Below are positions 27,621-39,540 of a stretch of DNA of 64,000 bases, in pieces. This DNA is from the human T2T-CHM13v2.0 reference genome, Homo sapiens: the NCBI RefSeq assembly GCF_009914755.1, contig NC_060927.1; one strand, 5' to 3'. Made by a program: the position numbers and the translations under genes. Each line of letters begins with the position of its first letter. The first letter of the stretch is position 1. The notes under the pieces were generated by a model. It made no database searches, was not told where the DNA came from, and was given only the letters and a program-made list of their open reading frames with translations.

Positions 27621-29694
27621 ACCCCATCACCCCTGTTTATTCTAGACCTATAACTAAAGTCCCAGTGGGCCCCTAGAGGTGAGGTTGAGCGTGTGACCTA
27701 TGAGGAGGTATGGTATGCTCAAAAAGAACCACTTAAGTTTTCTAATTTATATAAGCAGAAATCTGGAGAACAGGCATGGGAATGGATATTAAGGATGTGG
27801 GATAATGGTGGAAGAAACATAGGGTTAGATAGGCTGAATTTATTGATTTGGGCCCACTAAGTAAGGATTCTGCATTTAATATTGCAGTTTGGGGAGTTAA
27901 AAGGAAGGATCTAATGGTTTATTTGCTTGGTTAGCAGAAATATGGATTAAAAGATGTCCTGTTGTGAGCAAGCTGAAAATGCCTGATCTCCTTTGGTTTA
28001 ACACAGAAGAAGGGATCCAAAGGCTTAGGAGGACTGGGATGGTGGAGTGCATTTGTAGCTTTAGACCTGCTCATCACAGCTGGGAGAATCCGGAAGATAT
28101 AAACTTCACCAATGCCTTGCAAAATAGATTTGTGAGGGTAGCACCTGCATCTTTGAAGAGGCCTGTAATTGCTCTTTTCTGTATGTCAGATATAACAATG
28201 AGAACCACAGTTACACAACTACAAAATTTAAATACAATGAGAATAATTGGATCCCGAAGTGGAAGGGGCCAAGTGGCAGCACTCAACCATCAAAGGCAAG
28301 GTGGACATAGCTACCATAATGGACAGCAGAGGCAAAGAAGCAATCAGAATAGTCTGACTTGCGTAGAGCTTTGGCATTGGCTAATTAGTTACAGTGTTCT
28401 TATAAGTGAAATTGATAGGAAGCCTACTGCATTCCTACTGAATTTACATAAACAGAAAATTTCCAGCTCGAATGGACAAAAGATTAATTTGAATTATAAA
28501 AAATGAGAATCATGGCCCCTCAGTCAATTTCCAGACTAGAGCCAGTCCCAGAACCCCTTGAATGAAGGGGAGGCCAGGTCTCAAGGAGAAAGGATCCCAC
28601 TACACTACCAACAATTTATGGTTTTAATCTTTCTCCCATCCTTTCCCAAGGAGACCTCTGGCCTTTTATCAAGGTAACTGTGCACCAAAGAAAGGGAAAT
28701 GATAAGACTTTTCAGGGACTATTGGACAGTGGCTGTGAGCTGATATTGATTCCAGGGAACCCAAAACATCGTTGTGGTCTTCCAGTTAAATTATGGGCTT
28801 ATGGAGGGCAGGTAATTAATGGAATTTTAGCTCAGGTCTGACTTACAGTGTGTCCAGTTGGTCCCCGGACTCATCCTGTGGTCATTTCTCCAGTGCCAGA
28901 ATGCATAATTTGCACAGACGTACTTAGCAGCTGGCAGAACCCTCCATATTGGTTCCCTGACTGCTAAGGTGAGGGCTATTATAGTGGGAAAGGCCAAATA
29001 GAAGCCATTAGAGCTGCCTCTCCCTAGAAAAATATTAAATCAAAAACAATATTGCATACCTGGAGAGATTGTGGAGATTAGCGCCACCATCAAAGACTTG
29101 AAAGACGCAGGGGTGGTGATTCCCACCACATCCCCATTCAACTCTCCTATTTTCCTGTGCAGAAGACAGATGGATCTTGGAGAATGACAGTGAATTATCA
29201 TAAGTTTAACCAAGTAGTGACTCCAATTGTACCTGGTATGCAGCCATTGATTTGGCAAATGCCTTTTTCTTCATTCCTGTCCATAAGGCCCACCAGAAGC
29301 AATTTACCTTCAGCTGAGAAGGCCAGCAATATATCAATATACCGGGTGTGTTACTCCGACCCATTTATTGAGTAACCTGAAAGACTGCAGGTTTTGAGAA
29401 GGGTCCAGAACAGGAGAAGGCTCTGCAAAAGGCCCAGGCTGCTGTGCAAGTTGCTCTACCACTTGGACCATATGACCCAACAGATCCAATCCAATGGTGC
29501 TTGAGGTGTCCCTGGCAGAGAAGGATGCTGTTTGGAGCCTTTGGCAGGCCCCAACAGGTAAATCACAGCAAAGACCTTTAGGGTTTTGGAGCAAAGTTGG
29601 GCCATCCTCTGCAGATAAATAGTATTCTTTTGAGAGACAGCTCTTGGCCTGTTACTGGGCTTTGGTGGAAATTGAACGTCTGACTATGGGTAAT
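27621..29694 (+). mobile_element. HERV-L internal region: partial gag, protease and internally deleted RT/RNase H
   Basis: Gag-like ORF 27964-28506; protease motif 'ctattggacagtggc' (LLDSG) at ~28720; RT motif QKTDGSWRMTV; multiple stops and frameshifts. Confidence 0.92.
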
Positions 29695-29873
29695 TGATAT
29701 GGTTTAGCTCTGTGTCCCCAACCAAATATCATCTTGTAGCTCCCATAATTCCCACATTTTGTGAGAGGGAGCTGGGGGGATATAATTGAATCAGGGAGGT
29801 GGATCTTTCCGGTGCTGTTCTCATGATAGTTAATAAGCCTCATGATATCTGATGGCTTTAAAAACTGGAGTTT
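29695..29873 (+). mobile_element. THE1 LTR, 5' half only
   Basis: 'tgatatggtttagctctgtgtcccc..tgctgttctcatgatag..tctgatggctttaaaaa' ends abruptly. Confidence 0.9.
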
Positions 29874-30664
29874 AATCTCCTTTGGCAACACCCTTGCATA
29901 TAAACTCAGGATCAATACTTTGCATCCTTCAATCCAATCAAGCTGACACTCAGTATTAATCATCATGAGTTCACCCCTTATCAACGTGAACCCATATACA
30001 TCCCCTGAGATTATACATAATCTTCAAATAAAGAAAATAATAAGGTCATAATTATGCCTAACATAATACAACTACCCTTTGTACAACTGGAAACACACCA
30101 ATCCCCAACCCAAATGCTATTACATAAAGTTAACAATACTTAAATGCTCATATAAAATCAACAAATCTTATGTCACATGATAAAGGAAAAAGGAAATAAA
30201 ATGCAAATATTTTCTTAGTACAAGTGTATACATGCACAAACATGTTTTTAACAAAAGTAGGAGGAAATACTCATGACAATTACAGTCCTCTTATCTGCAA
30301 CTGGTCATGTGGCGATAGCTGGTATTGATGACTACCTTCTTCTACTACCCATTCTGTATTCCCTTTGCCTTCAGCAAGCATTTCAGCAGGTCGTGGTTTT
30401 ATTCCTGGTGGAGTGACCCAAACCTTCATTCCTTGAAGAGTCTGGGCCATTTGCGGTCCTGCCTGGATTGGGCTGTTGTAGTTTCCCATTGACCTTAATC
30501 ATAGGGCATGGTAATACTAAGAGACGCTATAATGGATCTTTTGTGTTCCATGTGTACTCTTCCTTACCTCCGTTGTGGAGTAGGACTGATTTCATCTTGA
30601 TAGTCTGGGTCAATCACCCCAGTCAACACTGTAACTGTCTTCTTAGCCTGTTGACTTAAAGGTA
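29874..30664 (-). mobile_element. Inverted HERV-L 3' internal segment plus the first ~95 nt of the MLT2A 3' LTR
   Basis: The reverse complement reads HERV-L 3' region then 'tgatgattaatactgagtgtcagcttgattggattgaaggatgc..gggtgttgccaaaggagatt'. Confidence 0.88.
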
Positions 30665-30911
30665 TATATGGTACTGTTTCTCCCATAGCCAGGATTCATG
30701 GATCCAGGAATCAAGGGGTAGAAGTGGAAGTGGCACCACTCACCATCACCCCTAGTGATCCACTAGCAAAATTTTCGCTGCCTTTTCCTGCGACTTTACG
30801 TTCTGCTGGCCTAGAAGTCTTAGCTCCAGAGGGGGAAACACTTCCACCAGGAGACACAACGATGATTCCATTAAACTGGAAGTTAAGATAGTCACCTGGA
30901 CACTTTAGGCT
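30664..30911 (+). mobile_element. HERV-L integrase C-terminal / dUTPase-start segment
   Basis: 'atatatggtactgtttctcccatagccagg..ccattaaactggaagttaaga..cctggacacttt'. Confidence 0.85.
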
Positions 30912-31021
30912 TCAGCTGTCAGTGAGGCCAGGATATAAAGCAGGCAGGAAAATGTAGAAAGGCTAGACTGGCTTAGCCTCCCAGCCTACATCTTTCTCCC
31001 TTGCTAGATGCTTCCTGCCCT

Positions 31022-31103
<82 letters not shown>

Positions 31104-31277
31104 ATATATGTGTATATATGTATATATATATATACACACACATATATACACATATATGTGTATATATGTGTATATATATGTGTGTGTATATATCTATACA
31201 CACACATATATACACACACACACACACATATATATATATATCTTATTAGTTTTGTCCCTCTAGAGAACCCTAATACA
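30912..31277 (+). mobile_element. MLT2A LTR, middle and 3' end, with an expanded TA/TG/CA tract
   Basis: 'ctagactggcttagcctcccagcctacatc' and the end 'tattagttttgtccctctagagaaccctaataca'. Confidence 0.9.
31026..31240. repeat. Compound (TA)n/(TG)n/(CA)n microsatellite
   Basis: About 215 nt of almost uninterrupted alternating purine-pyrimidine sequence. Confidence 0.97.
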
Positions 31278-32149
31278 TATGTTTATGGCTAAATCAAGTC
31301 TAAATTGTGAATTTAAGAAACATATTATTGTATTTCCTAAATTGTCACTAAATAACAGTTGTTATTCAACAGTTTATTTGATTTCTTTTAATATTAATAT
31401 TTATTTTCAGTTTGTATTACTTGTGGGAAATGTTTACATTTCAAAAGAGGATTCTGAAGATAAAATGTAGATATAGATAGTCTTGCCTCAGGCAGTATGT
31501 AATACTTAGACAATACCACAAAATAGTTATAAAACAAGTGCCATAAGGAGGATAAAAAATAATCTGCAAACTAGCATTTCAAGAAATGCAGGCTTAATCC
31601 ACATAGCATTTTAATGGGTTTTTCAGATAGTTCAAAAATATTAATTTTTGATAAGTTGAACCTTGACTTTTTAGTCTTAGTTTAATTTAGAGTTTTCAAA
31701 GGCAGTTACAATAACCAGTGTTTTCACATTGCTCCAGAGGCCGAGGTCATAGGTTTGACATATCGGCTGGCTTGTTGGTTTAACCTAAAAACCGTCGACT
31801 TCCTGGTGAAGAGTCCAAAGGCCTCTCACAAGTGGCCCTCAGTGAAAATGCTAATGTCACAGCAGGAACTCATCACCAATGGAGAGAAAAATACATAGAA
31901 TGGTGATGTTCTGACACAGACTGTAATATCTTTCTAGTCCAGACCCCACAAGCTAACACTTGCAATTTGACTGAACATCAAGGGATCATTTGAAAAGAGT
32001 AATCATAATTAATTTATGTCAGTAAATAATTGCTAGCTATGATCATCTACACACACAAATTTACTCATTTGTCACAACGAACAACTGTGCCAGTTATTGT
32101 TTCTTTGTGTGTGTTTACCTCTCTAGAATGAGTTGCTTTTACTTATATG

Positions 32150-32184
<35 letters not shown>
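32150..32184 (+). repeat. (CA)n microsatellite
   Basis: About 17 CA units. Confidence 0.95.
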
Positions 32185-32185
<1 letters not shown>

Positions 32186-34116
32186 TTCTGTAAGGATTAA
32201 AAGAGCTAATAACTGCAGTATATATTTACTTGAAAGTAATGTTGATTTTCTGCCAATGAAATAGTTATAAAGACAGTACTTGATTAAAGAAGCAGGACTT
32301 GGTATCCTTGTTGTGTGGAATATTACCTAGATGAAATAGTGGGCATGGACCAGACAGGTTCACAGGCCAAATTAAAATGCTCAAATCACGTGGTTTATTA
32401 AATATACATACTCCACACAGCATGAAGCAAGTTGAAAGAGATGAAGTACGTTAAACCATTTAAAATAGAGTGTCAGTGCATTGGAAAGACCATGCTATCT
32501 GAATTCATGTTACACAATGTTCAATTGTCCTCCCTCTCTGCCTTCCCAATGATGATTTGGTTACCACAGTGAGAGCTGAGGTTCAATCAGGGGGGCCCGG
32601 TGTCAGAAAGTACTCTGGGCAAATGACACCGTAACAAACAACAGAGAAACACACGTATAAATATGTTTGGCAAACAGATATAGCAGCCAATTAACTTGTT
32701 GAGCAGCCATAGGTCTTATGTGAGTTTATTGGGCATAGAACTTTCGAGGCAAACATGGCTGTCAACAATGGGTGCCTGAATTAAGACCTCATAAATAATG
32801 AGTGCTTCATATGCCTCATGTATATTTACCATATCCTATTGCTCAATGCCTGCCTGTGGGCCTCATGAATATTTAATGCCTCATGAATAAACTGCACTCT
32901 TGGTCCTTCCATCCTTCTCTATGTTTAACCTACACATGCTCTAATTACTAACTTCTTGTCTGTACTTAACACAAATTGTGAGTTTCTGGGTTTTTTTTTG
33001 CTAGAATTGGATATTCTCAGACAATACAAGAAATTCACATTGTAATCTCCTCCTCAGCTATCAAACTGAACTGTTTTCAACAACTAATATAATAAGAATT
33101 TTCAAAACAGGAAAAAGAGAATATGTGTATGGATACATTTTCATGTGTGTGTTGAGATGTAGGTGTGGGTGTATGTCTGGATGGATATAAGACAGATGAT
33201 TGACAGGCATTACAGACAGATAATAAAGATAGATATTTAGTTTACTTTTTCACAATTAATTGCATTCACATGTAATTTTGAGAAACTGACTTAAATGTAT
33301 AACAATTATTTTTGTTTGGAAACATGGGAGTCACAAGGTACATGGTTATTAAAGAAAATTTTTGAACATTAACATAAATTTAATTAATTGATAACAAAGT
33401 CAACAACAAAAGTATTTCAAAAGCAGGTGTTTTTTCTGAAGAGCTAATTAGCCATTGAGTTATTTTATAAAATTAAATGTATAATAATGTTAAAACTTAT
33501 CCTTTTGTCTCTTTACTTCTGCAAAGTTATTAAATCTGAATATAAAATAATATATATCCAGTTTATATTATTCTATGTGCCAACTACCATTACTACTGGG
33601 TAAGACGACCTTATCCTGTAGCATTTGTCAGCCTTCACATGTTCAATCTCCATAATATAATGTCTAGGAAATTCCATTTGGTAAACTGCATCAGTTTTTC
33701 AGTGTAATCCAGTTTGTCGATTTGTGTGTATGTGTATGTTGGGACTAAAAGTAGAAACAATTGTATAAGCTTTCTGTACACAGTATCTGTACACAGATAC
33801 TACATGGTGATAATGAACTTGCTTGAAAGAAAACAAAAAGGCAGAAAAACAGCCATAATATAGAATGTCAGTTTTAAATTAATCAGAATAATACACGTAT
33901 GTGGCTTTATGGATTAGATCACATTTACTTTTAAATGTTGCGTGTTTTGTTTTGTTCCTTCTGCAATCAAACTAAAATGAGACCAATTATACACCATTTA
34001 TACACTGCAAAGAAATGTACATGTTTGTGGAGAGCTGAATATGGGTGTGAAGTGATCAGTTCTAGTATTGATCTACATATTTAAATTTTAAATGATATAA
34101 AGTGAAATAAATATGA

Positions 34117-34453
<337 letters not shown>

Positions 34454-34485
34454 CACCAATAATTTTAAATGTATTAATTCAAATT

Positions 34486-35079
34486 GTATATCAAAAGTAT
34501 CTGAGATCGATCTCAATCAATTTAGGGAGTTTGTTTTGCCACGGTTAAGGACATGCTGGTAAACAGCTGAAGGAGATCCTGAAGACACGTGCCCAAGGTG
34601 GTCAGGTTCCAGCTTGGTTTTAGACATTTTAGAGAGACATGAAACATCCATCAGTACTTGTAAGGTATACATGAGTTCACTCCAGAAAGTCAGGGCAACT
34701 AGAAGGGGGGTGGGAGGCATCCAGGTCACAGATCAAGTTAAAGATTTTCTGATTTTCAATTGGTTGAAAGTGTTATTATTAACAGAAAGGAATGTCTGGT
34801 TATGATAAGGGGTTGTGGAGAACAAAATTTTATCATGCACATGAAGCTTCCAAGTCGGAGGCTTCAGAGAGAATAGATTGTACATGTTTCTTATCAGACT
34901 GAAAGAGTCTGTTCCATCAGTAATTTCAAAAGCGAGGAAGATATAATGAGAAGCATGTCCAGCTCACTCTTCCTATCATGCCTGAATTAGTTTTTCAGGT
35001 CAACTTTGGAATGCCCTTGGCCAAGAGTAGGGGGTCCATTCATATGGCTGGGGAAACTTTAAACTCGTTTTGGTTAACA
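34486..35079 (-). mobile_element. MER4 solo LTR
   Basis: 'tctcaatcaatttag..ttttgcc..gtgcccaaggtggtcagg..ggcttcagagagaatagattg..ttttggttaaca'. Confidence 0.85.
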
Positions 35080-35121
35080 AAAGTTAAATATTATCACCAA
35101 CTTTCCAACTTGCAACGAAAT

Positions 35122-36483
35122 TGCTATGGGATCTTTGGGGTGTCAGTTTTCAAGCCAGAAACCTGTGGCTGGTGTTGCCTTTGCCCAAGTTTTGCTCAGG
35201 CCCACTGGGCTGATTGTGCCAACTTGGCCTGGCAGTCTGTGCTAAGCTCATGCTACCAGCCTGGGTCCCATGCCTCCAAGGGAGACTGGAGACAGGCATG
35301 GAGCAGCAAGGGGTGTGTGAGCTCCTGGCCACTGCACAGTCAAACACACCAGCTGTTGCCACAGGGCAGGCAGCTCCAGGTACTGGCATGGCCACCAGCT
35401 CTATGAGATGTTGCAGCTAGACCAGGCACACCACAAGCAGCTTCACCAGCTGGGAGCAAGGAATGCTGCAGTGCTTGGAAGCTTGGAGACACCAGGAACC
35501 ACAGGGCTCCAAAGAGGGAGTCACAGCCCTGGCTTGGGGAGCTCCCAGGTCTGAGACCCCTGAAGGGCCATAGCTCATCTATCCTTTCCTTTACCGGCAA
35601 CAGGGTGAGCAAGGAGCATGTTTAAGCCCTGTGTGTGTTACAGCAACTCTTTTAGCTTTGCCATTCAGCAGGTTCCAAGTTCTTCTCCTGCAACCAGGAA
35701 GAATGAGGTATGTAGACAAGTGGAGGGTGAGCAGATGGAGATGAACTTTATTGAGCAATAGAACAGCTCAGAGAATACCTACATTGGGCAGCTTTTCTCC
35801 ATAGCCAGGGTGTCCTTACAAGTGTTCAGCTCCTAGCAGAGAGGGTGGCTCCTCTCTGCAGGCAGGTCATCCCAACAAGTGTTCTTTTCTCAGGAGAGAG
35901 GGTAGCTCCTCTCTGCAACTGGTCATTCTGACAAGTGTTCAGCTATCATCAGAGAGGGTAGCTCCTCTCTGCAGCTTGTCATCACATTGTCTGCACCTCT
36001 TGGCAGACAGGAAGCCCTAGAGAGGATGGCTCCTCTCTGCAGGCAGGCCATCCCATTGTCTGCAGCTATTGGCAGAGAGGGCAGACCATCTCTGCAGATG
36101 GTTGTCCCATCGTGTCTCTCTCCTCTGCTCTGCTCTGCCTGAGCCCAGGACTTTTATGGGCTTCAGAGGGGAGGAAGTGTGTGCTGATTAGTCCACGGCA
36201 GCCATGGGTGGGTCTGGAAAAGGCAACACAAGTTCCCAAGTGGGACTGGCAGCCTGGCCCCCAGCCTTCAGGCTCTCCTGGCCTGAAGGTAGAGCCCCAG
36301 CAGGGACCCGACCCTTTCCACCCAGGAACCTGTGTGCCTCCTGTTGCTGCTCATGGTGACTGGGCTCAGTTCTAACTCTGCTCTGAGGTTGGGGCAGTCA
36401 CTGACAGCAGGGAGAAGCCATGCAGCAGAAGCAGGCACTTCTAAACCTGCAAGGGCAGGGGCGGCCTTCCCAAGCCCTAAAAG
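35122..36483 (-). mobile_element. MER52-like LTR, truncated at its right-hand end
   Basis: 'tgctatgggatctttggggtgtc..'; antisense poly(A) signal 'ctttattg' at ~35746; ~50-bp internal repeats 'caagtgttcagct..gctcctctctgca' at 35815-36110. Confidence 0.8.
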
Positions 36484-37398
36484 TATATAAGTATACACTG
36501 TAAGTCTACTTGAGATCCAAAGGATTTGCCTTTGTGGAGTTTGAAGCAAAAACAAAAGAAGCAAAATCTACTGAAGTAGTTCAGATCCTAAAAAGAAAAA
36601 AAATGCAAAAAATTTAACAAGTATTATAAATAGTAAAGCTTTTTTTGCAATCATTTCGGTTTTTTATCAACCCACCAGAAGCAGCACCAAAGAAAACTGG
36701 CATGTTCTCTAAGAGTGAAAACTAAACCTATTTTGCTCTTTAATAACTGTAGTTGAAGGAAACTGAAATTAATGATAGCATTGTTACAGAAGAAAAGGAA
36801 AGGAAAAATAAGAAGAAAGGCTGAATGACGGAAGACAATGGCCAGGCTAAAAAGTTAATATTGACACAGGCAATACAAGCATCTGCAAAAGGAAAAAATT
36901 GAGAACTACATCTGGAGGCTCTGAAATAGATACTACTAAACCTCAAAAGCAACCTTTAAAGGTAAAGAAAAATTGAGAAAAACCTGAAATATTCAGCTTT
37001 CCTGAAGTCAGAACAGGGAAAAAGAGAAATAGCTCTGAAAATGCAGAATTCCTGGCTTCCAAACCAAAAGCAAATAAAATGTCTCAAAACACACATTTTA
37101 AAATCTTTAAAAGTTTACAAAGAAAACAGAGGTATAGCAACTTTAAGATTATAATTAGATAAACAAGGTTATGTTTTACCCATTTCATAGCCACAAATGT
37201 CTTAACTGGGTTTTTAATTGCTCAAGATTTAGAAATCTCTACTGAAGAGGAAAAGGATACTGAAGATATAAAAGATGACGCTCTCTTTAAAATAAGGAAG
37301 CATTAAAAAAAACATAAAAAGAAATATAATATGGGAAAGGTTATCCATTAAGAGTACTATCAAAATAAGTATATGGTAAAAATTCTATTGCCATTGGC
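36484..37398 (+). pseudogene. LARP7: Decayed, intron-retaining fragment of LARP7 (four consecutive internal exons plus introns)
   Basis: Pieces translate to ..GFAFVEFE.. (RRM1), FFINPPEAAPKKTGMFSK, EEKERKNKKKG*M, PEVRTGK, DLEISTEEEKDTEDIKD and PLRVLS, colinear with recalled LARP7 (FLNNPPEEAPRKPGIFPK; DIEISTEEEKDTGDLKD; VIPLRVLSK). Introns at 36576-36659 and 37132-37226; stops and frameshifts present. Confidence 0.88.
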
Positions 37399-37449
37399 AA
37401 TTGATATTACACTCCATATAATTGTTATATTTTTGTTTCATGTTCCCAT

Positions 37450-39530
37450 TGTTTGTAATTTACATATAAAAACAAATGATTTTTGTAGATTGGAATTTTT
37501 TTGGTAAATTGATTAACTGTAGAATATTTTGTGGATTTTTTTCTATGTAAAAAGTCAGGTTTATAGAATTAAGTCATTTGTCTTCTTTTTGTTTAAACTC
37601 TATGCCTTTCGTTACTTTTTGTGTTCTTTTTTAATTATTATTATTTTTTGTAGGAATAAGGTCTCATTAGTTTGCCCAGACTGGTCTGCAACTCCTGCCT
37701 CAGGTGATCCTCCCACCTCAGCCTCCCACAGTGCTGGGATTAAAGAAGTGAGCCACTGCGCTCAATCTACTTATGTTATTCAACTGGCTTGGACTTCCAG
37801 TATGATGTGTAATGAATTGTGAAAGTGGACTTACATTCTCTTTGGAGAAATATGCTTAATATTTTCACTATTAAATATGTTGTTAGATGAAGATTTTTCA
37901 TAAATGTTCTTTATAAATTAGAAGCCCCATTCTATTTATAATTCATTGAGTTTTTTCTTAAACAAGTTTATAGATTGTCAATTGTTCTTTTTGCATTGAT
38001 TGAAATAGTCTTATGACTAAAGAGACCACTTTTTAAAATTTTTGATGTCATTGTGTGAGTTAGAATAATGGATTTTTAAATATTAAACCAACTGTGTAAT
38101 ACTGGCATAAATCTAATTTTTCACTGGTATTTTCCTTTTTATATTTTGGTGAATTTGATTTTCTAAAATTTTGTTTTGTTTTATTTATAAAACATTTGAC
38201 TTTGTAATTTCATTTTAAAATTCTTGTGAGATTTTTGGATCAGGGTCTTCCTGGCCTCACAAAAGCAATTGGATATTTTTTTCTGTGTTGTTTTCTAAAA
38301 GAGTTTTGTTTGTTTAATATCAGTATTTCTTTTTTAAACATTTGATAGACTTCATCAGTGAAGCCATCTAGGCCAAGAGATTTTTGTGGAAGGGTTTTCC
38401 TTTAGGATTTTATTTTTTTAGTAGATATGGGGTATTCAGGTTGTCTTTATTCTTGGGTCAGTTTTTGCAATTTGTGTTACCTAAAGAACTTGTCCATTTC
38501 ATCTATTGCGTCTAATGGCATAAAATTATTCATAATATTCACTTACCTTTTTAGTGTCTGTAAGATCTTTGTACTATTTTATTTCATTCCTATTATTGTT
38601 AATTGATAATTCACCTATTTTTCATTTTCAGTCTTGCCATGCATGCATAAAATATCTTAATATTTTCAAAAAAACTCATTTTTTTCTTCATTGATTTTCG
38701 TTGTTTTTACATTTTCTAGTTCAGTGATTTCTGATCTTTTCTTTATTGTCTTTTCTCGTACTTATTTAAGTTTATTACTCTTACTTTTCTATCTTCTTGA
38801 TATGAAAACTTAGATTATTAAGTTTAACATGCTTTAATTTTCTAATGTAAGCCTTTAACACTATGAGTATCTAAGCACAATCAATATGTTGTATTATTAA
38901 TGTTTGTTTCAAAATTTTCTAAATTTCTCGTTCTTTTTAGTGTAATTTTTTAAATATCTTGCTTGATTTCAAATATTTAGGGCAATATTTAACTTTATGA
39001 TAGTCACAAATATATTCTGTATAGTGTTACTCCTTAAAATGTCTTGAGAATTGTGTTTTTTCTCTTAAGGATATTGTCTATTCATGTACACTCAAAAGAA
39101 TTTGTTTTCTATACTTGTTGGATTGGGTGCTTTGAAATGTCTACTAAGCCTAGTTGTCTTAAGTAAGGTACTAAAAGAAGTTGTTAAAGTTTCCAATTAT
39201 GAGGGTAGGTCTATATATATCTCCCATTATTTTGATTAATTTTTGAGTCATATGCTTTGAAGTTCTACTGTTAAATTTGTTTCTGTATTTGATGAATTGA
39301 CTCTTTTATCATTATGAAATGTTTCTCTTTATCTATGGTACTACTCTATTTATGTCTGTTTTGTATGATATTAATGTAGTTATTGCAGCTTTGTTATGAT
39401 TAATATTTGCATTTATATATGTGTATATATATACATACATATATAAAATATATATATATAGTTCTTCTCTTCTAAATAGCATATGGTTAGTTCGTGCTTT
39501 TTTATTGCGATATTTTACTTTTAATTAGAG
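37450..39530 (-). mobile_element. Ancient L1M ORF2 fragments
   Basis: T-rich antisense L1 motifs: 'ggacttccagtatgatg', 'cagtgaagccatctaggcc', 'gactcttttatcattatgaaatg'. Confidence 0.75.
37643..37765 (-). mobile_element. FLAM/Alu monomer
   Basis: 'aggtctc..gcccagactggtc..gatcctcccacctcagcctccc..gtgagccactgcgc'. Confidence 0.85.
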
Positions 39531-39540
39531 TGTTGCATAG

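Noticed and set aside
27964-28506. 180-aa ORF as a domesticated gag (Fv1-like) gene
   Set aside because: Only a fragment with a non-ATG start; upstream and downstream gag sequence is disrupted and there is no 5' LTR. No evidence of selection.
30963-31292. Overlapping YI/HT/CV-repeat ORFs
   Set aside because: Artefacts of a dinucleotide microsatellite.
31730-31790. tRNA-like B-box ('gaggccgaggtcataggtttga'), possible tRNA gene or ancient SINE head
   Set aside because: No cloverleaf can be built and the similarity is too short to call.
35815-36110. ~50-bp spaced repeats resembling a CRISPR-like array
   Set aside because: Degenerate tandem units internal to the MER52-type LTR, with no unique spacers, in a eukaryotic context.
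37380-37460. Degenerate miR-367/miR-302 hairpin
   Set aside because: No recognisable mature or seed sequence on either strand; 'ttgccattggcaa' is only a short palindrome.
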